A stretch of DNA of 32,172 bases. It comes from Crocinitomicaceae bacterium (lineage in GTDB: Bacteria > Bacteroidota > Bacteroidia > Flavobacteriales_D > Crocinitomicaceae). This document shows, one piece after another, positions 7,471 to 17,284 of this stretch. The notes under the pieces were generated by a model. It was not told where the DNA came from. It saw only the letters and a list, made by a program, of their open reading frames with translations, and made no database searches. How positions within the stretch are numbered: position 1 is the first letter of the stretch; each line of letters starts with the position of its first letter. The position numbers and the translations under genes were made by a program. The DNA is taken from positions 1-32,172 of the forward strand of contig JBILQY010000001.1 in the NCBI GenBank assembly GCA_044372955.1. Reading direction: 5' to 3'.

Positions 7471-9857
7471 CGCAACACATTCACATGCCCTGTCATCAAC
7501 TGCTCTATTTCACGATTGGGCTTATAGATTAATTTCCAAATGTAGGTGCCGTCTTGTACTTTTTTACCTTTGTATCTTCCGTCCCATCTGAAATTCATGT
7601 CTTCTGTGTAATAAACAGATTGTCCCCAACGGTTAAACACTTCTAGTTTTATCCAAGCCACACCAACAAAACTACCTAAGAAGAAATTATTGAATCGATC
7701 ATCGTCTGGAATGAATGAGTTTGGAATGTAAATGTAAAGTTCTTCCTTTATAATGATTTGCTTTGTTATCGTGTCTTTACAGCCTTTAGCATCTTCAGCT
7801 ATTAAAGTTATGTAATACACTCCAGCGGTATCAAAAACATGACTTGCATGCATTTGAGCTGAAGAACCTCCATCACTAAATAACCATTGAAAATCGACAG
7901 CATTAAGCGAAGTATTTTGAAATGAAATGGGTAAATCCTCTGTTAAAGTTTGGCTCAAAATATTAAAGTCAGCAATCGGTCTAACTACAGTAATCGGTGC
8001 AAAACCAGAAACTGTAAATGTATTACAACCATCCGTTACTTGAACTTCATAAAACCCAGTATAGTAAGCTCTTACCCAAGTTGAGGTGGTGGTTGCTCCA
8101 TTGTGTGTCCATAAATAAGTGTAGTCTCCAACTCCTCCAGAGGCAGATACATAAACATTAGCACTATCACCTGGACAGATTTCGATGGGTGGATTAACAG
8201 TTACAACCAATGGTGGTGCAGTAATGGTATAAATTATAGTATCTGAAATCGATGAACCACAATTATCGTTAACTGTAACAACATAACTAGTTGTTGCAGG
8301 AGGATTTACTGTAATTGAATTTGTTGAACCTTGAGCTAATCCATTTAAAATTCGCCAATTGTATGTATAGACGCCTGTTCCACCTGTGACATTCGCGGTA
8401 AAAGTATGCGTTATAAAAGGACAAACCTCTGTAATATCTGGAATTGGAGCTAATACAAGAGGAGTATAAACAGGAACTTGGACAAAAACGGTATCATAAG
8501 CTGCTGCTCCTAAACAATTATCGTTCACAATAATAGAATAATTTCCTGAAGCATTTGGAGAAATACTAATGTTAGAAGTGGTTTCGCCGGTACTCCACAA
8601 ATAAGTATAAGGGCTTATTCCACCTGTAACAGTGGTGTTTAATTGAATGTTGTCACCTGGGCAAGCAACGGTAGGATTTGAAATATTCGCCTGTAAGGTA
8701 GCAACATCCTGAAGGAATAAGTTAACTCCTATTGGTGTAATATTTCCACAAGGATCTGAAATTTGAAAAGAGATATTAATTGTTTCTGAACCTTCTACAA
8801 GGTCATCGAACAGAGCGTCAACAGTAAAGCTTACGCTTGCTTGCCCAGGACCAAATGTTATTGAAGAAGGAATTGTTGTATAATCAACTCCATTGGTTGC
8901 CGTTCCAGTTATGACAATGGGAATTGTTAAAGGGGTTTGAAAGTTATTTTCCCTCGTTAAAGTTACTGTTGCAGAAACACAACCCTCAGCCATCCAATCT
9001 GGGTTTGCATAAAACTGTTGTGAAACTGTATGTGTCACAGCAATTGGTGTTTCTGAGGTTAAACTGTTTGCTTCTAAAAAAATTCCAGAATCCCATTGGC
9101 CGTCACCTACATCGGCAACTGCAATAACTAAATGGTAAGTTTGACCACATTGCACGCGCGAAACGGCTTCAAGTACATCCGTAAAACCATCGTATTGAAT
9201 ATAAAACGGGTTGTTGTTGTATGGTGCTGCGTTTCCGTCACCGTTGAAATTATAAAACTGAGAGTTGGTAATTGAATTTACGTTGTTGATTGAAACGATA
9301 CTGCCATTTGATGGAAGTCGGGCAATATTTTGAAGACCTGTGATTCCTGGTCCAGAGATAAAGAAACCAAAAACGTCGTTATAACTTGTATTATTCGGAG
9401 GTGCAAATTCTGGATATTCATCTGAGCCAAAAACATATTTGAAACGAACCGTATCAGAAAAAGGAATGAAATCAAATTCTAAAATTGCTGCGTTAAAAGT
9501 TTGAGTTGTTCCTCCAATCAGATTTGAAAGTATGGTAGAACCACCAGTATTGTTATCCATTCCACAACCAGCTTGATTATTTGGGCCTTGTGGACCGCTT
9601 CCATTGTTAATTACAGTTCCTGTGGTAAGCACAATTCCTTGGTCGATTCCTAGGTTGGTTCCCGTACCAGTAAATGAACCGATTGCTGAAGGACTTCCGT
9701 TGTACATGATGTTTGAAACCAATACTCCAGGGCCAATTAAAACGTTCTCTACCAATGCTTGAGGACTTTGACCTGTGTTCGTTGTAAGCTGTGACAAAGC
9801 AGGGAAGGCTAAAACCAGTCCCAAAACAGTAGTGATATGTCTTAATAAATTCCTCAC
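7467..9857 (-). CDS. Choice-of-anchor L / Calx-beta / PKD surface protein with a T9SS type B (gliding motility-associated C-terminal, CHU_C) sorting domain
   Basis: Signal peptide. N-terminal LVENVLIGPGVLVSNIMYNGSPSAIGSFTG...SDEYPEF...NDVFGFFISGPG (choice-of-anchor L). TGTATNGVDYT (Calx-beta-like). SprB/PKD-type repeats. C-terminal IPNSFIPDDDRFNNFF...VFNRWGQSVY...WDGRYKGKKVQDGTYIW. Confidence 0.85.
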   Translation of the reverse strand: MRNLLRHITTVLGLVLAFPALSQLTTNTGQSPQALVENVLIGPGVLVSNIMYNGSPSAIGSFTGTGTNLGIDQGIVLTTGTVINNGSGPQGPNNQAGCGMDNNTGGSTILSNLIGGTTQTFNAAILEFDFIPFSDTVRFKYVFGSDEYPEFAPPNNTSYNDVFGFFISGPGITGLQNIARLPSNGSIVSINNVNSITNSQFYNFNGDGNAAPYNNNPFYIQYDGFTDVLEAVSRVQCGQTYHLVIAVADVGDGQWDSGIFLEANSLTSETPIAVTHTVSQQFYANPDWMAEGCVSATVTLTRENNFQTPLTIPIVITGTATNGVDYTTIPSSITFGPGQASVSFTVDALFDDLVEGSETINISFQISDPCGNITPIGVNLFLQDVATLQANISNPTVACPGDNIQLNTTVTGGISPYTYLWSTGETTSNISISPNASGNYSIIVNDNCLGAAAYDTVFVQVPVYTPLVLAPIPDITEVCPFITHTFTANVTGGTGVYTYNWRILNGLAQGSTNSITVNPPATTSYVVTVNDNCGSSISDTIIYTITAPPLVVTVNPPIEICPGDSANVYVSASGGVGDYTYLWTHNGATTTSTWVRAYYTGFYEVQVTDGCNTFTVSGFAPITVVRPIADFNILSQTLTEDLPISFQNTSLNAVDFQWLFSDGGSSAQMHASHVFDTAGVYYITLIAEDAKGCKDTITKQIIIKEELYIYIPNSFIPDDDRFNNFFLGSFVGVAWIKLEVFNRWGQSVYYTEDMNFRWDGRYKGKKVQDGTYIWKLIYKPNREIEQLMTGHVNVLR

Positions 9858-9931
9858 AATTCCTTGTACTTTAACGGATAAAATCAGAAAACGTTGTGAT
9901 TTTTACTAAAATTAAGGATTTTTTGTGAAAT

Positions 9932-9961
9932 AAAAAAAGACTGCCCTTTTGAGACAGTCTT
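9932..9961 (-). terminator. Rho-independent terminator downstream of the 9982-10401 gene
   Basis: The minus strand reads aagactgtctcaaaagggcagtct followed by a T run. The stem is about 10 bp including two G-U pairs. Confidence 0.7.
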
Positions 9962-9981
9962 CATATTATTAAGTAAGCTTA

Positions 9982-10401
9982 TTATTTTCTGATGAAAATT
10001 GGTTTGAATGTAAACCAAGACAAAGCAGAAAAGAAAGGAATAGGAGCTAAAATAAAAAAGTAAAAGTCTTTGTAAAGCTCGGCATTTTCATTTTTAAATG
10101 TTAATTCAGCATCAACTTTAAACATAATTGAAAGCGCAAGTGCAATAATTGCAGCACTTAAAATAAAACCATTTACAAATGAAGCAATATTTTCATTTTT
10201 TATCAATTTCGCAAGAATGAAATAAACCAAACAATTAGACATTCCTATTATCATGTTCACTCCAAGAAGGTATGTTATAGAGGCATGTTCAGAGAAATCA
10301 GCCTCTAAAGGAGAGTACTTGAAAACAAAGAAATAAGCAACGCTGATAATTGTCCCGAAAATACTTGCTGTTAGTCCAGCAAAAATGACATTTTTTATCA
10401 T
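9982..10401 (-). CDS. Small integral membrane protein, unknown function
   Basis: 139 aa with four hydrophobic segments. It lies 3 nt downstream of the YceI gene on the same strand. Confidence 0.6.
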   Translation of the reverse strand: MIKNVIFAGLTASIFGTIISVAYFFVFKYSPLEADFSEHASITYLLGVNMIIGMSNCLVYFILAKLIKNENIASFVNGFILSAAIIALALSIMFKVDAELTFKNENAELYKDFYFFILAPIPFFSALSWFTFKPIFIRK

Positions 10402-10404
10402 ATT

Positions 10405-10908
10405 TTAATTTTTGATTGCATTAATAGTCGCTGTAATTTTGATGTTATCAGCAACTTCATTCCCCTTTACACCTACACCAAAATCTGTTCTATCTACATT
10501 GAACTTCGCAACAAAAGTGCCTTTATTTCCTTTCTTAGAAAATGTAAAAGGAATACTAACCGTTTTAACGATACCTTTTATTTCTAATTTTCCAGTCGCT
10601 TTATAACCAGTATCTGTTTTTTCGATTTTATCAGAAACAAAAGTTATATCTGGAAATTTACTTGCATTAAACCATTCACTCGAAATAGCGTGTTTATTTT
10701 GAATACCATTTCCTGTGCTAATTGATTCAACACGAATAATTAGATTAAACTTAGAATTTGAAAGGTTAGCACCATCAAAAACTATCGAACCACTTATGTC
10801 TTTAAACACTCCACTCACATCTTTATTTGCAAAGGAAATGGAGTAATTATCTGACATTCCTACGTTTAAAAGGAACAAGAACAGACCGATAATTTTTATT
10901 TTTTTCAT
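10405..10908 (-). CDS. YceI family periplasmic protein
   Basis: 167 aa with a signal peptide. YceI-type motifs: ISTGNGIQNKHAISSEWFNASKFPDITF, GKLEIKGIVKTVSIPF, FNVDRTDFGVG. Confidence 0.8.
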   Translation of the reverse strand: MKKIKIIGLFLFLLNVGMSDNYSISFANKDVSGVFKDISGSIVFDGANLSNSKFNLIIRVESISTGNGIQNKHAISSEWFNASKFPDITFVSDKIEKTDTGYKATGKLEIKGIVKTVSIPFTFSKKGNKGTFVAKFNVDRTDFGVGVKGNEVADNIKITATINAIKN

Positions 10909-10931
10909 TTTCTTGTTTTTATGCCTAACAA

Positions 10932-11507
10932 TTAATTTTTAGAAACTTCTAAATCAGCATTTAAGTAAACTTCGTCAGCAACAACTGTGTTTGGCATAGT
11001 TGCTCCAACTCCATATTCTGATCTTTTAACCATTCCTGTAATTTTCAAACCTGCTAAATCATTACCAGCTTTGTTTTTTGTAGTTCCCGTATGTACACCC
11101 GCTAAAACAACTGTTTTTGTAACACCGTGCATTGTGAAATTTCCAGTAATAACGTATTTGTTACCTTTTGCTTTTTTCATTGAAGTACTTTTGAAAGTAA
11201 TTGATGGGTATTTTTCAACATCAAAGAAATCAGCAGAACGTAAATGATCATCGCGCATTGAAAGGTAAGTGTTGATTGTTTTTGCTTCAGCTGTTAATTC
11301 AATTGTTGCTCCAGAGAAATCTGCGTTTGGAGTAGTGATTTTAACATCAAATTTGTCGAATTGACCAACAGTTTCAGAAATCCCCATGTGTTTTACAGTA
11401 AAGCCTAAACGAGAGTGACCTGCATCCAATGACCAAGTTGATGCTTCTAATACAACAAATGAAACCAAAGCAAATGCTGCTGATAAAGTGATAAGTAATT
11501 TTTTCAT
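10932..11507 (-). CDS. YceI family periplasmic protein (paralogue)
   Basis: 191 aa. WSLDAGHSRLGFTVKHMGISETVGQF...MRDDHLRSADFFDVEKYPSITFKS...GNFTMHGVTKTV...VKRSEYGVG is a classical YceI pattern. Confidence 0.9.
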   Translation of the reverse strand: MKKLLITLSAAFALVSFVVLEASTWSLDAGHSRLGFTVKHMGISETVGQFDKFDVKITTPNADFSGATIELTAEAKTINTYLSMRDDHLRSADFFDVEKYPSITFKSTSMKKAKGNKYVITGNFTMHGVTKTVVLAGVHTGTTKNKAGNDLAGLKITGMVKRSEYGVGATMPNTVVADEVYLNADLEVSKN

Positions 11508-11740
11508 GTTTTTATTTTTTTAGTTAAACAATTATTTGACTGCAAAGTTGTAAACTCTTTCTAAATTGAATAGTTGACATAGGTTAAGATGTTCAAAAAG
11601 CACTTTTTCATGCTTCAAAATCTAACAAATGTTAAATGATAAAAGAGAAATGTAATGAAAAAAACAATGTTACGTTTATAGATTTAAAGACATCCAATTT
11701 TGGAATCTTTGTTCATAATTAAGTAGTTTAGGTTGGTTGA

Positions 11741-11767
11741 AAGAGGAGTGAAAGCTCCTCTTTTTTT
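11741..11767 (+). terminator. Orphan terminator-like hairpin plus T run in the YceI/ispG divergent intergenic region
   Basis: aagaggag-tgaaag-ctcctctt (8-bp stem, 6-nt loop) followed by ttttttt. There is no annotated plus-strand gene upstream of it. Confidence 0.45.
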
Positions 11768-11860
11768 GTGAACAAAAAATGCCTTTACAAAATCTTTAGC
11801 TAAGTGAATTTCCCTTGATTTGCAATTAGCGTTTTATTTAATTTCAAACAAACTTATATT

Positions 11861-11868
11861 TACTTTTG
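11861..11868 (+). promoter_or_regulatory. Bacteroidota -7 promoter box (TACTTTTG) for ispG
   Basis: Exact TAnnTTTG match. It overlaps the TTG at 11866 that the ORF track uses as the start, which argues for the ATG at 11893. Confidence 0.5.
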
Positions 11869-11892
11869 TTATCACAACTTACACATCCATTT

Positions 11893-13818
11893 ATGTCAAG
11901 CGAAAAATCTAAAGCCTACTGCGTCGATTTATTAAATAGAAAACGATTTCCAACTCATGAAGTGTCCATTGGTAAAGTAAAAATGGGGGGTTCAAATCCT
12001 ATTCGTTTACAATCGATGACCACTACTGATACAATGGATACTGAAAAATCAGTTGCGCAATCTATTCGGATGATTGAAGCGGGTTGTGAAATTGTAAGGT
12101 TGACCGCACCGAGTAAAAACGAAGCAGAAAATTTAGGTGTAATTCGCCTCGAGCTAAACAAATTGGGGTATCATGCTCCACTTGTTGCCGATATTCATTT
12201 TACGCCAAATGCTGCAGAAATTGCTGCTAAGTTGGTTGAAAAAGTACGTGTAAACCCTGGAAATTATGCTGACAAAAAGAAATTTGAAGAAATAGATTAC
12301 ACTGACGAAAGCTACCAAGCTGAATTACATCGTATTGAAGAAAAATTCACACCTCTTGTTCTGCTTTGCAAAGAGCATGGTACCGCAATGCGAATAGGTA
12401 CAAATCACGGTTCACTTTCTGACAGAATTTTAAGCCGCTACGGGGACACACCTGAGGGAATGGTAGAATCTGCAATGGAATTCATCCGCATTTGCGAAAA
12501 AAACAACTACCACGAATTAGTTATTTCCATGAAAGCAAGTAATACCTTGGTAATGGTTCAGGCCTACCGATTATTAGCTGCGGAAATGTTAAAAAATGGT
12601 CGTTCTTATCCCCTACATTTGGGAGTTACCGAAGCTGGAGACGGAGAAGATGGACGAATTAAATCTGCGGTTGGAATAGGTGCCTTACTCGAAGATGGTT
12701 TAGGTGACACTATCCGTGTTTCATTAACAGAAGAACCTGAATATGAAATTCCAGTTGCTCGAAAATTAGCTGAAAAATATACTAATTCAGCAATTTATGA
12801 ACTCCCTAAATTTACAGGTGAATTACCTTATAATCCGTTCAGCTACGAACGAAGACACACAAACGAAATTCACAACATTGGTGGAAAGCACGTTCCAGTC
12901 GTGATTGCAGATTGTGCTAAAAAAGAAAAAATAAGTCCAGCAAATTTCTTTGGATTTGGCTATAATTATTCGGTTCAATTAGATAAATGGAACTTGCAAG
13001 ATTTAGCTGCAGATTATGTTTATATTGGACAAAATCAACTTGAATTTGAAGTACCTGGAACTTTAGGTGTAATATGCGATTATAAAAATTGGATAACTAA
13101 TTACAGTACAAAATCAGGGTTCTATCCTTTGATTTCGAAAGAGGAACTTACAGAAATAAGCAGTGACCAAAGTGCTTTTCTCGTTCTTCAAGCAGAAGAA
13201 AATCTTCCTGAAAATTTAAATCAATACAAGAATTTGGTTCTTGTTGTTGGAACAAAATACGCCAATAAAACACAGTTAATTCGCTCATTCTTGTTAAAAA
13301 TTGCGGATTTAAAATTAAATCATCCTGTAATTCTACAAATTGAATCTAGCGAAAAAGATGCTGAATCCTTTCAATTAAATGTTTCAAGCGATGCCGGTTC
13401 AATTTTAATTGATGGTTTTGGTGATGGATTATGGATTCAAGGTGAACAAGCACCAACCTTCATCAATTCAACCGCTTTTGGAATACTTCAAGCCACTCGA
13501 ACACGTATTTCTAAAACTGAATATATTTCATGTCCTTCTTGCGGTCGAACCCTATTTGATTTGCAAGAAACAACCGCCAAAATCCGTGAACGTACTTCGC
13601 ATTTAAAAGGTATTAAAATCGGAATTATGGGTTGCATTGTAAATGGTCCAGGAGAGATGGCTGACGCTGATTATGGTTATGTTGGAACTGGTCCTGGAAA
13701 AATAAACTTGTACAAAGAGAAGACGGTTGTTAAGAAAAACGTAGCAGAAACCGAAGCCGTTCAAGCACTTATCGATTTGATTAAAGAAAACGGCGATTGG
13801 GTAGAAGTTCAAGCATAG
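11893..13818 (+). CDS. ispG: 4-hydroxy-3-methylbut-2-en-1-yl diphosphate synthase (long, insertion-containing form)
   Basis: IGKVKMGGSNPIRLQSMTTTDT, RVNPGNY, MRIGTNHGSLS, PLHLGVTEAG, and C-terminal ISCPSCGRT...GIMGCIVNGPGEMADADYGYVG. A large central insertion as in Bacteroidota-type and plant-type GcpE. Confidence 0.95.
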   Translation: MSSEKSKAYCVDLLNRKRFPTHEVSIGKVKMGGSNPIRLQSMTTTDTMDTEKSVAQSIRMIEAGCEIVRLTAPSKNEAENLGVIRLELNKLGYHAPLVADIHFTPNAAEIAAKLVEKVRVNPGNYADKKKFEEIDYTDESYQAELHRIEEKFTPLVLLCKEHGTAMRIGTNHGSLSDRILSRYGDTPEGMVESAMEFIRICEKNNYHELVISMKASNTLVMVQAYRLLAAEMLKNGRSYPLHLGVTEAGDGEDGRIKSAVGIGALLEDGLGDTIRVSLTEEPEYEIPVARKLAEKYTNSAIYELPKFTGELPYNPFSYERRHTNEIHNIGGKHVPVVIADCAKKEKISPANFFGFGYNYSVQLDKWNLQDLAADYVYIGQNQLEFEVPGTLGVICDYKNWITNYSTKSGFYPLISKEELTEISSDQSAFLVLQAEENLPENLNQYKNLVLVVGTKYANKTQLIRSFLLKIADLKLNHPVILQIESSEKDAESFQLNVSSDAGSILIDGFGDGLWIQGEQAPTFINSTAFGILQATRTRISKTEYISCPSCGRTLFDLQETTAKIRERTSHLKGIKIGIMGCIVNGPGEMADADYGYVGTGPGKINLYKEKTVVKKNVAETEAVQALIDLIKENGDWVEVQA

Positions 13819-13854
13819 GATACTTTCTAAACTTCTTCCGCTTCATAATTCCTT

Positions 13855-14087
13855 CTCCGCCGTGGCGGACGCAATTCGCAACTCCTAGCAGTTTGTACTT
13901 CCATTCGCGATTCTATCGCTAGCAATTCGCAATTCCTAAGCGGTCTGTACTTCCTCCGTCGCGGCGGACGCAATTCGCAATTCCAAAGCAGTCTGTACTA
14001 CCGTTCGCAATTCTACCGTTCGCAATTCCTAAGCAGTTTGTACTACCGTTTGCAATTCGCAATTCTGTCGTTCGTAATTCGCAATTA
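13855..14087. repeat. Higher-order tandem repeat built from AATTCGCAATT-type words, a ~33-nt core (gcaattcgcaaYtccNaagcRgtYtgtactNcc, 4 copies) and two GC-rich palindromes
   Basis: Cores start at about 13871, 13922, 13970 and 14019, spaced about 48-51 nt. ctccgccgtggcggacgcaattcgcaa (13855) and ctccgtcgcggcggacgcaattcgcaa (13954) define a duplicated unit of about 97-99 bp. A tail of ttcgcaatt variants runs to 14087. Confidence 0.85.
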
Positions 14088-14125
14088 AAATAAGTACTCT
14101 AGCTATCCTTTAGCAATTAGTTTCT

Positions 14126-14133
14126 TACTTTTG
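14126..14133 (+). promoter_or_regulatory. Bacteroidota -7 promoter box (TACTTTTG) for aspS
   Basis: Exact TAnnTTTG match, 20 nt upstream of the ATG at 14153. Confidence 0.5.
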
Positions 14134-14152
14134 CAACCTAAAATTTAAGCTT

Positions 14153-15898
14153 ATGTATCGCTCGCACACTTGTGGAGAATTAAGAATGGAACACGTTGGT
14201 ACTACTGTATCTTTAGCAGGTTGGGTACAACGTTCAAGAGATTTAGGTGGAATGACGTTTACCGATTTACGTGATCGTTACGGTCTTACACAGTTAGCTT
14301 TCAACATGGAAGTGAATGCCGATTTGTGCGAACAAGCAAGAAAATTAGGACGTGAATTTGTGATTCAAGCAACTGGAATCGTTATCGAGCGCAGTAGCAA
14401 GAACAAAAATATGCCAACGGGTGAAATCGAAATCAATGTGACGGAATTGAAAATCCTGAACGCTGCGAAATTACCTCCATTTACGATTGAAGACGAAACG
14501 GACGGTGGCGACGAAATCAGAATGCAATACCGTTATTTAGATTTAAGAAGAAATCCAGTGTTGCAAAAATTGCGCTTGCGTAATCAAGTGGCATTGGAAA
14601 CAAGAAAATACTTGGATTCGAAAGAATTTTTAGATGTTGAAACTCCTGTTTTAATTAAATCTACACCTGAAGGAGCGCGCGATTTCGTGGTGCCAAGTCG
14701 CATGAACGAAGGACAATTTTACGCTTTACCGCAATCACCGCAAACGTTCAAGCAATTATTGATGGTTTCGGGTTTCGACCGTTACTACCAAATTGTGAAA
14801 TGTTTCCGCGATGAAGATTTACGTGCAGATAGACAACCAGAGTTTACACAAATCGACTGTGAAATGGCATTTGTGGAGCAAAACGACATCTTAGAAATGT
14901 TCGAAGGTTTGATCAAGCATTTATTCAAAACAGTTCGTGGCGTTGAATTTGAAGGCGCGTTCCCGAGAATGACCTACGCTGAAGCAATGGAAAAATACGG
15001 TTCAGACAAACCAGACATTCGTTTTGGAATGGAGTTCGCGGATATGACCGATTTAGCGCACGGAAAAAATTTCGTGGTTTTTGATAGCGCAGAAGCTGTT
15101 ATTGGAATCAGTGCACCAGGTTGTTCTGAATACACACGCAAGCAATTAGACGAATTAACGGAGTGGGTGAAACGTCCACAAATTGGTGCCAAAGGATTGG
15201 TTTACATCAAATACAATACAGACGGTACGTTCAAATCATCAGTAGATAAATTCTACTCTGAAGAAGATTTGAAAGCGATGGCTACACGTGCAAATGCACA
15301 ACCGGGTGATTTAATTTTATTGTTGTGTGGCGATTTAGAAAAAACGCGCAAACAATTGAACGAATTGCGATTGAATTTAGGAACGACATTGGGATTGAGA
15401 AATCCAGACGTATTCAAACCATTGTGGGTGTTGGATTTTCCATTGTTAGAATGGGACGAAGAAAACGAACGTTACCACGCGATGCACCATCCATTTACTT
15501 CTCCGAAACCAGAAGATTTCCATCTGATAAACACAGAACCTGGAAAAGTACGTGCGAATGCTTACGATTTAGCGATGAATGGAGTAGAATTGGGCGGTGG
15601 TTCAATTCGAATTCACGACAGAGCGTTGCAATCGCAAATGTTTGACTTATTAGGTTTCACGAAAGAAGAAGCGCAAGCACAATTTGGTTTCTTGATGAAT
15701 GCTTTTGAATACGGCGCGCCACCACACGGAGGTTTGGCTTTCGGTTTAGATCGTTTAGTTGCCACAATGGGCGGTTCAGAATCAATCCGTGATTACATCG
15801 CTTTCCCAAAAAACAACAGCGGTCGTGACACAATGATTGATGCACCTTCTCCATTAGATGATAAACAATTGAAAGAGTTAGGGATTAGGTTGAGATAA
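14153..15898 (+). CDS. aspS: Aspartate--tRNA ligase
   Basis: [11 protein letters not shown]...[94 protein letters not shown]. Confidence 0.97.
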   Translation: MYRSHTCGELRMEHVGTTVSLAGWVQRSRDLGGMTFTDLRDRYGLTQLAFNMEVNADLCEQARKLGREFVIQATGIVIERSSKNKNMPTGEIEINVTELKILNAAKLPPFTIEDETDGGDEIRMQYRYLDLRRNPVLQKLRLRNQVALETRKYLDSKEFLDVETPVLIKSTPEGARDFVVPSRMNEGQFYALPQSPQTFKQLLMVSGFDRYYQIVKCFRDEDLRADRQPEFTQIDCEMAFVEQNDILEMFEGLIKHLFKTVRGVEFEGAFPRMTYAEAMEKYGSDKPDIRFGMEFADMTDLAHGKNFVVFDSAEAVIGISAPGCSEYTRKQLDELTEWVKRPQIGAKGLVYIKYNTDGTFKSSVDKFYSEEDLKAMATRANAQPGDLILLLCGDLEKTRKQLNELRLNLGTTLGLRNPDVFKPLWVLDFPLLEWDEENERYHAMHHPFTSPKPEDFHLINTEPGKVRANAYDLAMNGVELGGGSIRIHDRALQSQMFDLLGFTKEEAQAQFGFLMNAFEYGAPPHGGLAFGLDRLVATMGGSESIRDYIAFPKNNSGRDTMIDAPSPLDDKQLKELGIRLR

Positions 15899-15943
15899 AA
15901 AGTATGCAAATTGAAAGTTAGTGTTTCAATTTGCATACTTTTT
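15897..15943 (+). terminator. Strong rho-independent terminator of aspS
   Basis: agtatgcaaattgaaa-gttagtg-tttcaatttgcatact gives a perfect 16-bp stem, extendable by the flanking AAAA/TTTT. A T run follows. Confidence 0.85.
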
Positions 15944-15950
15944 GGATAAC

Positions 15951-16058
15951 GAAGTTTATTTTCGACGAAATCTTAAGGTAGAAGTCCAAAAAAACTTAAA
16001 ATTATTTCCAGTTGTGGCTATTTTGGGACCGTGCCGATGTGGAAAATTGACAATTTAG
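15951..16058 (+). pseudogene. Relic of the N-terminus of a DUF4143/AAA_14-type ATP-binding protein, truncated just after a degraded Walker A
   Basis: In-frame translation EVYFRRNLKVEVQKNLKLFPVVAILGPCRCGKLTI* resembles the usual N-terminus of this family (...FPAVAILGPRQCGKTT...). Here GKT is corrupted and a stop follows. No downstream continuation. Confidence 0.45.
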
Positions 16059-16107
16059 AAAAAGTTCAATTCTGACAATGGGATTAATAAAAAAAACTTT
16101 TTCGGCT

Positions 16108-16611
16108 TCATTTTTTGTACCCAACTTGTTTGCGTTCCCCTTGTTGAATTTGTTTTTTATCCTTTTGAATGAGGTATTTCAAAACTTGTTCAATGTCGTA
16201 GAATTTATGGTTATAACGGTTTTCAAGATCTTTTAATTGTTCCGAAAGTTCTTGGTAAGTAAGTGCAAATTGACGCATCAAAACAAAAGCGCGCATAATA
16301 CTGATATTTACATCAATTGCAATTTCTGAATTTAATACACTTGATAACATTGCCACACCTTGCTCTGTAAATGCAAAAGGTAAGTATCGTTGCCCTCCCC
16401 AACTTGAGGTCGCAAATTGCGACCTCAAGTTTTCCCATTCCTCTGGCGTTAATTCAAACATAAAATCATCAGGAAATCTCTTGATATTTCTTCTTACTGA
16501 CTCTTTTAATCTCTTAGTTTCTGTTTGATACATTTTCGCCAATTCTAAATCGAGAATGACCTTTTTTCCTCTGATTTCGAGGATGCTACGTTTGATTAAT
16601 TCTAGTTCCAT
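16108..16611 (-). CDS. ORF6N (KilA-N-like DNA-binding) domain protein, copy 1
   Basis: 167 aa. IxEIRGKKVILDxxLAKMYQxETKxLKxxVRRNxxRFPxDFMFELT...PFAFTEQGVAMLSSVLNS...IMRAFV.MRQ is the canonical ORF6N pattern. Confidence 0.85.
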   Translation of the reverse strand: MELELIKRSILEIRGKKVILDLELAKMYQTETKRLKESVRRNIKRFPDDFMFELTPEEWENLRSQFATSSWGGQRYLPFAFTEQGVAMLSSVLNSEIAIDVNISIMRAFVLMRQFALTYQELSEQLKDLENRYNHKFYDIEQVLKYLIQKDKKQIQQGERKQVGYKK

Positions 16612-16691
16612 TTGTTGTTTTTCAATTTAAGTTAGTGAAATAGCTGATTTCAAGAAACAAGTTTGAGCAAAAAAAACAGTCTTTTTCAGCT

Positions 16692-17204
16692 TCATTTTTT
16701 GTACCCAACTTGTTTGCGTTCCCCTTGTTGAATTTGTTTTTTATCCTTTTGAATAAGGTATTTTAAGACTTGTTCAATGTCGTCAAATTTTTGGTTGTAA
16801 CGGTTTTCAAGGTCTTTTAATTGTTCCGAAAGTTCTTGGTAAGTAAGTGCAAATTGACGCATCAAAACAAAGGCGCGCATAATTTGAATACTTGCATTAA
16901 TTGCACATTTAGAATTTAAAACAGCACTTAACATTGCAACACCTTGTTCTGTGAATGCAAAAGGTAAGTATTTTGGAAAATTCCCTTTACCATTTTTAAA
17001 CATCACAAATTGTGATCTTTGAATTTCCCATTCTTCTTTGGTTAATTCAAACATAAAATCATTTGGAAAACGATCCATATTTCTACGAACTGCTTGTTTC
17101 AAAACTCTAGTTTCTACCTTATAAATTGTTGCTAAATCCATATCAAGCATAACTTTCTTTCCTCTGATTTCGAGAATACTACGTTTAATTGATTCTAGTT
17201 CCAT
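16692..17204 (-). CDS. ORF6N domain protein, copy 2
   Basis: 170 aa with the same motifs. Its last 63 residues differ from copy 1 at 2 positions. Confidence 0.85.
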   Translation of the reverse strand: MELESIKRSILEIRGKKVMLDMDLATIYKVETRVLKQAVRRNMDRFPNDFMFELTKEEWEIQRSQFVMFKNGKGNFPKYLPFAFTEQGVAMLSAVLNSKCAINASIQIMRAFVLMRQFALTYQELSEQLKDLENRYNQKFDDIEQVLKYLIQKDKKQIQQGERKQVGYKK

Positions 17205-17284
17205 TTGTTGTTTTTCACTTTAAGTTAGCGAAATAGTTCATTTCAAGCAATAAGATTGAGTAAAAAAAACAGTCTTTTTCAGCT

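Noticed and set aside
13855-14090. CRISPR or tRNA/ncRNA gene interpretation of the ispG-aspS repeat region
   Set aside because: The units are imperfect. The linker segments are themselves made of the same ttcgcaatt word, so there are no unique spacers. I found no cloverleaf or other recognisable RNA-gene structure.
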